Positions 52,876-60,292 of a DNA stretch of 60,292 nucleotides are shown here, in pieces (the stretch's first letter is position 1; every line of letters begins with the position of its first letter). The stretch is from Nitrososphaeraceae archaeon. GTDB lineage: Archaea > Thermoproteota > Nitrososphaeria > Nitrososphaerales > Nitrososphaeraceae. The notes under the pieces were generated by a model. That model ran no database searches and was not told where the DNA came from. It was given only the letters and a program-made list of their open reading frames with translations. The stretch covers positions 1-60,292 of the forward strand of contig DATGZA010000007.1 in the NCBI GenBank assembly GCA_035297365.1, written 5' to 3'. The translations under genes were made by a program, and so were the position numbers.

Positions 52876-53706
52876 TTGTATAGTTTGATTGACCGCGATA
52901 TTGCTACAATGAAAGTTGACGATTATTCAATTAGATACGTAGACACCGGTAAAAATAAGAGCACTCCAAAAATATCAACACTGCTTCTACTGCATGGCCT
53001 GGGAGGATCATTAGACCGCTGGTCAGAAGCAATACCATTTTTATCTAAATACTACCGACTATTAGTACCAGATATAATTGGTTTTGGGTACAGTGATAAA
53101 CCTCATGCAGAATACAATATGGATTTTTTTATAAAATTTATTCAAAGATTTCTTCAAATTATGGATATTGATAATTTACATATTATTGGTTCGTCGTTTG
53201 GGGGACTTCTAGCGTTAGAATATACTATTAGATTTCCCAAAGATATAAACAAACTGGTTTTAATATCGCCAGCTGGAATGATGAATCATATAACACCAGC
53301 CTTGAACCAATATATTTCTGCTGCACTCTATCCCACGTTCTATAATGTGGCAACGGCATATTATGAAATGGTGTATGATCCGCGTATGATTACAGAAGAT
53401 TCAATCCAAGATTTTATTAAGAGGATGAATCTGAGTAATTCAAAGTTTGCTTTCATGTCTACTTTAATATCACTTAAAAATCATCCTCAGCTTACTGATA
53501 GACTAAATATTAATACACCAACATTGATAATTTGGGGGAGAAATGATAAACTAATGCCTTTAAGATATGCAAAAAAATTTCAAATTCCGAATTCGAGACT
53601 TGTAATATTTGATCAGTGTGGTCATTATCCTCATGTAGAGAAAGCAGAGGAATTTAATAGAACTGTATCAAGATTTCTAAATGGCAGACGATTTGAAATA
53701 GACTAA
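52876..53706 (+). CDS. Alpha/beta-fold hydrolase
   Basis: LLHGLGG, PDIIGFGYSD, GSSFGG (nucleophile), IWGRND and GHYPH; start may be the ATG at 52909. Confidence 0.9.
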   Translation: MYSLIDRDIATMKVDDYSIRYVDTGKNKSTPKISTLLLLHGLGGSLDRWSEAIPFLSKYYRLLVPDIIGFGYSDKPHAEYNMDFFIKFIQRFLQIMDIDNLHIIGSSFGGLLALEYTIRFPKDINKLVLISPAGMMNHITPALNQYISAALYPTFYNVATAYYEMVYDPRMITEDSIQDFIKRMNLSNSKFAFMSTLISLKNHPQLTDRLNINTPTLIIWGRNDKLMPLRYAKKFQIPNSRLVIFDQCGHYPHVEKAEEFNRTVSRFLNGRRFEID

Positions 53707-53768
53707 AATATAATAATAATTTTATAAAAATAGATAACTTTATCACAAAGAAATTAAATTATCACTAC

Positions 53769-54041
53769 ATGACTGACAAGGGGGTAAATAACAGGTTAGA
53801 AAGAAAACGAAAGTTAGAAAATGAATTAACGGGCAAGATTTCAAAGGATTGGAATGAATTTGTAAAAAAATCTGATGAATATATGAAAGAAATACAGGAG
53901 AACAATAGACAATATTATCAACAACAACTTGATAAAGAATTAGATGACATGGAAAGGGATATTAATTCTGGAAATACCATTGGAGCAATTTATCACAGAG
54001 TCGCAGCAGATAACTATTTGAGATTGCTTAATTTATCATAA
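53769..54041 (+). CDS. Hypothetical helical protein
   Basis: 90-aa ORF with ATG start, co-oriented with the hydrolase gene. Confidence 0.6.
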   Translation: MTDKGVNNRLERKRKLENELTGKISKDWNEFVKKSDEYMKEIQENNRQYYQQQLDKELDDMERDINSGNTIGAIYHRVAADNYLRLLNLS

Positions 54042-54591
54042 ATCAGGTAGGCAGATTCTTTTTTGATTGTCCAAATAATTTTTCCATATTAATATTAGAT
54101 TTGAAAAATATATTAAACAGTAGAAAAGTTAAATTTATTATTTATTTCGCATTTTAATCTGATATTAACAGTATAAAGAGACTGGTATAAACCTACTTTA
54201 TTGCATGATTAGGTCTTTTCATTTGATATCTAGTTTGTTCGGTTTAGATCTTTTTGGCTTTCCGCATAAAGGATTTTGGATGTTTTAGCCAATGATAGAC
54301 TATACTGAATATTTTTAGAATATGGATCTAGTATTTTTGATTTTTAGAGATGTTAGTTTGAAGTACTTTTATAATCAAAGTCAACATAATTGCCATATAC
54401 GAATGAATTGAAACTTTTATAAATTAACTATATTGATATTAAATTAAAATATTTCATAATCCAGAATACTAGACAAATTATCTTAAAAAAACTATATTAG
54501 TGGGAGAATTTGAGATGATAGAAAAATTTTATGATAGCTTTCCCTTAATTTTCATTAAAAAATAGAAGGATACTAGTTCATCACATAAAAT

Positions 54592-55998
54592 TTAACGGGA
54601 AGAGTAGTAACCTCGTCTTCCGCCGGTACCATGTTTTTCCTGTTTATCGTCATTATGAATGAGATGTTTATCATGAGATCTATCATGATCTTCATTATAT
54701 CCATATCTCTTAAAATTATGGTCACGTGAATATCGACCTTCCGTTTGGTTATATCTACTATTATTATAACCATATCTAGTGGAACTTCCGAATCTCCTAT
54801 TTCCTCTACTGTTTCCATAACCAGATCTGTAGCTGTTATTATATCCACGGAATGAACGTTGTTGACTTACTGGAACTTCGAGGCCCATCTCTTCATTGAG
54901 TCTTCGAATTGGCAATTCAGTTTTTCTAAGTATACGCCCAAAATCATCTACCCTATCTGACGAGACAAGAGATATAGCAGTACCAGTTCCACCTGCTCTT
55001 GCAGTTCTTCCAATTCTATGGAAATACACCGTTGGATCTTCTGGCACATCGTAGTTTATTATATGACCAACTGCAGGGACATCTATTCCTCTTGATACAA
55101 TGTCAGTAGCAACGAGAACATCCTCTTTTCCTTTCCTAAATCTATAGATTGCATCATCTCGTTGTCTTTGAGATAAATCACCGTGAATAGTAATTGCCTT
55201 AATTCCAGAGTCCTTTAGATCATTTAAAATTCGCTGTGTTCTTTGTTTTGTAGAGACAAAAATAATTGTTTGTTGATCACTAGTCCTCTCTTCGATGAAA
55301 TTGCATAAATGTTTGAATTTTTCATTTTCTTTTACTACTAAATATGACTGAGTTATGGTCTCTAGACTTATTTCTTCTTTGTTAAGTCGAATCTCTTCGT
55401 AATCCTTCATATAGTCTTCAGCAAGTCTTAATATTTCAGGAGGCATAGTCGCAGAAAACAGACAGGTTTGCCTATCTTCATTAACATAGAAGAGAATAAA
55501 TTTAATATCTTTTATAAATCCCATATCAAGCATTCTATCTGCTTCATCCAGGACAACATATTTTACTTCTTCTAGATTTATTGTACCTCGTTTTATATGA
55601 TCTATCAATCTGCCAGGAGTCGCAACTAATATCTGGACTCCTTTTCTTAAATGATCAAACTGTAGATTAATACTCTGTCCACCATAAATAGAGACAGTTC
55701 TAATTCCAGTATATTTTGCAAATTTGTTGATCTCGGTTGTAACTTGCATTGCTAATTCTCTTGTAGGGACAAGTATCAGTGCCTGTATTGGACCCTTGTT
55801 CTTTATCTTGCTCAATATTGGCAATGAAAAAGCTGCGGTTTTACCTGTTCCTGTATGTGCCTGACCAACTACATCAACTCCCTTTAACAAAAATGGAATG
55901 GCTGCTTGTTGGATAGGAAACGGTGATTCGAATCCGTTTTCTTTTAGTGCTTGAATAATAGGTGCACCTATACCTAATTTATCAAATGTTGTTGTCAT
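54592..55998 (-). CDS. DEAD-box RNA helicase (CshA/DeaD-like)
   Basis: Q motif (PFPIQ), AHTGTGKT, PTRELA, TPGR, DEAD, SAT and HRIGRTAR; Arg/Gly/Tyr-rich tail. Confidence 0.96.
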   Translation of the reverse strand: MTTTFDKLGIGAPIIQALKENGFESPFPIQQAAIPFLLKGVDVVGQAHTGTGKTAAFSLPILSKIKNKGPIQALILVPTRELAMQVTTEINKFAKYTGIRTVSIYGGQSINLQFDHLRKGVQILVATPGRLIDHIKRGTINLEEVKYVVLDEADRMLDMGFIKDIKFILFYVNEDRQTCLFSATMPPEILRLAEDYMKDYEEIRLNKEEISLETITQSYLVVKENEKFKHLCNFIEERTSDQQTIIFVSTKQRTQRILNDLKDSGIKAITIHGDLSQRQRDDAIYRFRKGKEDVLVATDIVSRGIDVPAVGHIINYDVPEDPTVYFHRIGRTARAGGTGTAISLVSSDRVDDFGRILRKTELPIRRLNEEMGLEVPVSQQRSFRGYNNSYRSGYGNSRGNRRFGSSTRYGYNNSRYNQTEGRYSRDHNFKRYGYNEDHDRSHDKHLIHNDDKQEKHGTGGRRGYYSSR

Positions 55999-56315
55999 TG
56001 TATTTCACTTGTTTATTTTTTTTACAAAGGGCACGGAAAATGTGAGAAGTATTTTAGTTAACTTAACAGATCTGCCGTAATTCCTTTCTAATATTTTTTC
56101 ATAATGACAAACATATAATGTATGCGATTGAGAGCAGGATATTTCATTATATTTCATGATACTTTACTCATCTAGCGATACACTTTCAGTTTATTTAACA
56201 TCTAATATGAAAACAGAATATGATAAAATTTAGCATAGGAAATGAAAATACCAATCACTATAATTCTTGATTTTGAAAAAAATATAGGATAAATATAATA
56301 GAAGATATATTACTA

Positions 56316-57053
56316 ATGGATATGACATTAGGTTATTTTTTTGAAATCTTAGTCTGTGCATATTTATTATTATTGCTAACTTCTCATCTACCTTTTGACC
56401 ATGACATAGTTCATGCACAAAATATTAATAGTAAGCTCAGCGACTATGAGTTTCACTCCTATATCGAACAAATGATAGGACATCTGAACGCATCAGTAGA
56501 AAACAAACAGAATAACAATATCATGCTTGCAATTGCACATGCATTACATCCTATTGAAGAAACTCTTGAAACGATCAATGAAAGATTAATTCAAACGAAT
56601 TCCTCATTGAGTAATGAATTGTCTAATGAATTGAAGAGTTATGCAACATCTATTGGTTCAAATTCTCTTAATGAAGCCATCAATGAAAAAACAAAGTTAA
56701 CAAAAATATTAGAAAATTCACTTGAGCAATCAATACCTGCTGAAAAAATGACAAATAGTGGATATATTTTAAATGTTACCGCCGAACTAATTAATTCGGC
56801 AGAGGATGAATATACAGAATCTATCTTTGAAGGAAAAATAGTTAATTTATTAGAGTATCAAGATGCACAACAGTTTTTCAAAAGGGCTGTAATATTATTG
56901 GAAAATTTCAATACTTTAAATGAAAATGAAAAAGAAATCCTAGCTCAGATAAAGCAATTACAAAATGATGTTGACTCTAAAAGAGATTCAAGTTATGTCA
57001 ATAGCAATGTAAGAGATCTAGTATGTGAAATAAAGGGAAGTTTCTATTGTTAA
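56316..57053 (+). CDS. Secreted helical protein, possible metal-binding
   Basis: Signal anchor; EQMIGHL, AHALHPIEE, A.DEY.ESI.EGKIV...EYQDA motifs. Confidence 0.65.
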   Translation: MDMTLGYFFEILVCAYLLLLLTSHLPFDHDIVHAQNINSKLSDYEFHSYIEQMIGHLNASVENKQNNNIMLAIAHALHPIEETLETINERLIQTNSSLSNELSNELKSYATSIGSNSLNEAINEKTKLTKILENSLEQSIPAEKMTNSGYILNVTAELINSAEDEYTESIFEGKIVNLLEYQDAQQFFKRAVILLENFNTLNENEKEILAQIKQLQNDVDSKRDSSYVNSNVRDLVCEIKGSFYC

Positions 57054-57218
57054 CTCTCTCGTGAATGATAATAATTATTTTTAATTCATGCTAAATTATT
57101 AAAGTGCAAATACTGTTTTAAAATGTTGTTCAATCTTGCCTCAATTTCTTTACACCTGATGATAATTTAAGGAAGTAATTTTATTTCCTCACTTAAATTA
57201 ATATAATTTCACTAAAGA

Positions 57219-58481
57219 TCAATTGATCTTATTCGGATGTGCATCCCTACTATCCAATATATGAACTATATCTTTGTCATCGATGTCGATATCATGAATT
57301 AAAAGGAAGTCGCCTTCAGCTGCACCTTTCACACCGAAACTTCGAATATATTGCCCGTCAGGCGTAAAGACTTGGACTCTATGATTTTGTGTATCTACTA
57401 CATATACATTTCCTTTGGAGTCAAAATCAATTCCATGTGGTTCGTCAAACTGGCCTTCTGCTTTACCGACAGAACCCCAACTTGTTATGAATTTACCATC
57501 TTTTGTAAATTTTTGGACGTTACCGTTGTCTTCATCATCTATATACACATCATCTTTAGAATCAATTGCGATTGCATGAAGATGTCTAAATTGTCCGTTT
57601 CCTTCCCCAAATGAACCCCATGTTTTGATGAAATTACCTTCTGGATCGAATTTTTGAATACGATAAGACATTTTTTCGGAGGTATAGATATTTTTATCTG
57701 AATCGAAGGCAACACCCCATATTCTATTAAATGCACCTTCTGAATTGCCTTTCTTTCCAACACTCATGAGAAGTTTTCCATAAGGATCAAACTTGTATAC
57801 TTTACCTACTCCCCAGTCAACAACCCAAACATTGTCATCGACATCAACTTTCACATCTTCCATTTTGTGAGAGAAGAGGTTTTTATCTTGTGGTTGTCCC
57901 CAAGAAAGCAAAAAATTACCGTCTGGATCGAATTTTTGAACATCGCTTCGCTGCTCATCGGTTACATACGTATTCCCTTTAGAATCTACCGCTAAGTTAT
58001 GCGGATGTAAAAATTGACCATCACCTGTCCCCTTTGACCCCCAGCTTGAAATGAAGGTACCATCCAAATTATATTTTTGAACGTAATGTTGTTGTACATC
58101 TTTAATGTCATATTTTCCCGAGTATTGCGACGTAGTATACGACGCAGGATCATCTTCGGATATTTTTTTACTCTTTTTCTTTGATTTTTTACTATCATCA
58201 CCTTTTTTATCTTGATTTCTATCTCCATTTCCATCTGAGTTTCCTGTTTTAGCAAATTCTTCTGATGGATCATTTGTATTTGAGGTTGTATCGTCGAACT
58301 CAAAGTAATCATTTTCATCTATCTCAAAAACCTGTGAATATACATTAGGAAAATTATTTAATAATGAACTATACACTATACTAATCGTTATAACCAACAA
58401 AAATGAAAATACAACCTTATGTGATTTCATAGAATAAACTCGGAATGACATAAATATTAAGATTATACTTGATTTCTCCAT
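57219..58481 (-). CDS. Secreted NHL-repeat 6-bladed beta-propeller protein
   Basis: Repeated WGS.G.G.GQF..P..(I/L)A.DS.GN.YV.D....RVQKF units. Confidence 0.92.
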   Translation of the reverse strand: MEKSSIILIFMSFRVYSMKSHKVVFSFLLVITISIVYSSLLNNFPNVYSQVFEIDENDYFEFDDTTSNTNDPSEEFAKTGNSDGNGDRNQDKKGDDSKKSKKKSKKISEDDPASYTTSQYSGKYDIKDVQQHYVQKYNLDGTFISSWGSKGTGDGQFLHPHNLAVDSKGNTYVTDEQRSDVQKFDPDGNFLLSWGQPQDKNLFSHKMEDVKVDVDDNVWVVDWGVGKVYKFDPYGKLLMSVGKKGNSEGAFNRIWGVAFDSDKNIYTSEKMSYRIQKFDPEGNFIKTWGSFGEGNGQFRHLHAIAIDSKDDVYIDDEDNGNVQKFTKDGKFITSWGSVGKAEGQFDEPHGIDFDSKGNVYVVDTQNHRVQVFTPDGQYIRSFGVKGAAEGDFLLIHDIDIDDKDIVHILDSRDAHPNKIN

Positions 58482-58678
58482 AATATAATATTGTAACTAT
58501 TTTCCTAAGTTCATGATGACGCAACTGAAAATAGGAAAAATTACAGATTCAAAAGGGCATATTGGTTGTAGCAAGAAAATTAAATTTAAGAAATGAATGA
58601 AAATTGCATATATAATTGCTAAAGAATAATAAATCTTAAAATAACTTTAAAATTCTAGGAATAGAGTGTACTTTTTAT

Positions 58679-59290
58679 TTAACGTGCAGGTAGTGGTTTT
58701 GATGGTGTGCCAAATCTATTAACCTTCCTTTTTTCACATTCCGTACCTTAGGGTAGATTTAGATCTTCTCGATACACAAGCAAAAAATTTGTGGCCTATA
58801 TTTATTGCGTTTATGTCTGTTTTTCTATCGCGCGTAAATATCTTCGTAACAGAATTTTGAGATAGGTTATAAAGAACCTTGATTTACAATATACATCAAA
58901 ATTCTTAAATAATCCCAATTTTGTTGGACCCATCCTTGCATAATAGACCACCCTTCGTTACAATCAAAATAAATAAAGGAATTGTAATCTTTTAAGATAT
59001 TCTGAACATGATATGCACAGATAAAAAGATCATCAGGCCAAGCGGCAGTTACAAGATTGGTCTCCTTTTCAACATTGAACGTTACTATAATATTTTTTGT
59101 TGAATTTTAATTTCTGATAGTTGAATGTGTTCAGTAAAAGGTTGTCCACCCATAAATGCTACCACACGAATGAAACCCTTTTTCTTGATATTTTCCAATT
59201 CAATATTATTAGCTATTACTGGAAATGTATTGATCTCATTTTTTTCTGCGTGAATTTGTATAACTTATTGATTACAGCATAACCTAAATT
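58679..59290 (-). pseudogene. Decayed paralogue of the secreted protein at 33720..34685
   Basis: Fragments FIRVVAFMGGQ, DDLFICAY, YFDCNEG, FTRDRKTDINAINIGHKFFACVS and GTECEKRKVNRF align in order with KIVAYVNGE, DEFFVCGY, YDCDEG, FTFDRNTELGTIEKGDMFFGCAS and MTECEKKFIKDF; frameshifts, stops and an internal deletion. Confidence 0.75.
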
Positions 59291-59348
59291 CACATCAAGA
59301 AGAGCAAGAGGTCGTTACATAGTAAATTAAGAACTTTAACTTTTTAGA

Positions 59349-59630
59349 CTAGCTTATCCTTTTTATGATGTGGTATCCAAATTCGGTTTTTACAGGTTCG
59401 GATACCTCTCCCTTCTGTAATTTAAATGCAGCATCCTCAAATGCTTTTACCATTGCTCCCTTTCTAAAAAATCCCAAGTCACCACCACGTGTCCCACTCG
59501 CCTTGTCGATAGAAAGATCTTTAGCTAGATTAGAAAAACTTTCTCCATTTTTTATTCTGTTCAATATCTCTAAAGCCTCACTATGTTTTTTTAAGAGGAT
59601 ATGAGAACATTTGATTTTACTAGGATCCAT
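59349..59630 (-). CDS. Single-domain parvulin peptidyl-prolyl cis-trans isomerase
   Basis: IKCSHILLKK, FSNLAKDLSID, GGDLGFF..G.MV..FEDAAF, SEPVKTEFGYHIIKR; ATG at 59630. Confidence 0.93.
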   Translation of the reverse strand: MDPSKIKCSHILLKKHSEALEILNRIKNGESFSNLAKDLSIDKASGTRGGDLGFFRKGAMVKAFEDAAFKLQKGEVSEPVKTEFGYHIIKRIS

Positions 59631-60292
59631 TGAAAAACAAGAGAAACTATCAGATAAAAAAGTTTTTATTGACACTAAATTCACTATATAAAATTCAATT
59701 AAAACAAAAAATATTGTGATAGATCAATTTCAATTTTATGCATAAAAACATACATTCTACTCACTTTATTTGAAAATCAAGACGGTTTTTCCTATTAGCC
59801 CCACTTCTATGACTTGGATTTTCATAGATAATAGCATAATAGCGATTCATAGAGTGAAAGAAATAACTATGAAAAAATAAAAAATGATGTTGAAAATATT
59901 TAATTTAATATAATATATTCCCATTTTGCAATATAACAGAGCGTATAGATTTGAATAATATCTTATTTTTACATTCTATATTTTTAGTTATATTACTAAA
60001 ATATAGAAATTAATAGACCATATAGTTAGACAAGTAACTTATTATAATGCACTATTTTAAGAATTTGAAATTATTGAAAGATACATTACAATATAATTGA
60101 CAGTACAATAACATATGCATATTATAATTTTTAGATAATATCATAAATTGTATTCTGACAATGTTCTGTGATTTAGATCTGGTACATTATATACATAAAA
60201 TATACAGATGATAACTATATTAGAATATAAAGAACTATTTACAATATACAATAAGTGGAAAACGAAGGAATCAAACTATCTAATAAAGAAAT

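Noticed and set aside
58780-58840. DRKTDINAINIG resembling the TnpB RuvC-III motif
   Set aside because: No Zn-finger or other RuvC motifs; the flanking fragments align with the secreted protein at 33720 instead.

Overview
AT-rich archaeal chromosomal DNA. The gene set (Csl4, UPF0147, TFB, beta-CASP RNase, single-domain parvulin, class III PhaC/PhaE, CopC-CopD-Vgb fusion, many secreted beta-propeller/LamG proteins) and the long AT-rich intergenic tracts best fit a soil ammonia-oxidising archaeon (Nitrososphaeraceae, Nitrosocosmicus-like); this assignment is an inference. The window mixes housekeeping genes, surface proteins and several decayed pseudogenes (IS5 transposase, a methyltransferase, a paralogue of a secreted protein). 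It holds one tRNA-Arg(GCG) and no rRNA or CRISPR array. The strongest signals are: (i) a ~3.3 kb GC-richer segment carrying a repeat-domain/M6-metalloprotease gene, bounded by the tRNA-Arg 3' end and a degenerate copy of it, with no integrase; (ii) a PHA locus (phaE-phaC) next to an unannotated C2H2 microprotein, a phasin-like protein and an alpha/beta hydrolase; (iii) a class III nucleotide cyclase + KaiC/GvpD-like ATPase pair, with a PDE-like HD-GNAT protein 13 kb away; (iv) a multi-TM sensor-like domain fused to a Venus-flytrap binding domain with no output domain; (v) a frameshifted HTH-coiled-coil gene preceded by phased CGTCA repeats. Family calls come from motif recognition only; no database search was run.
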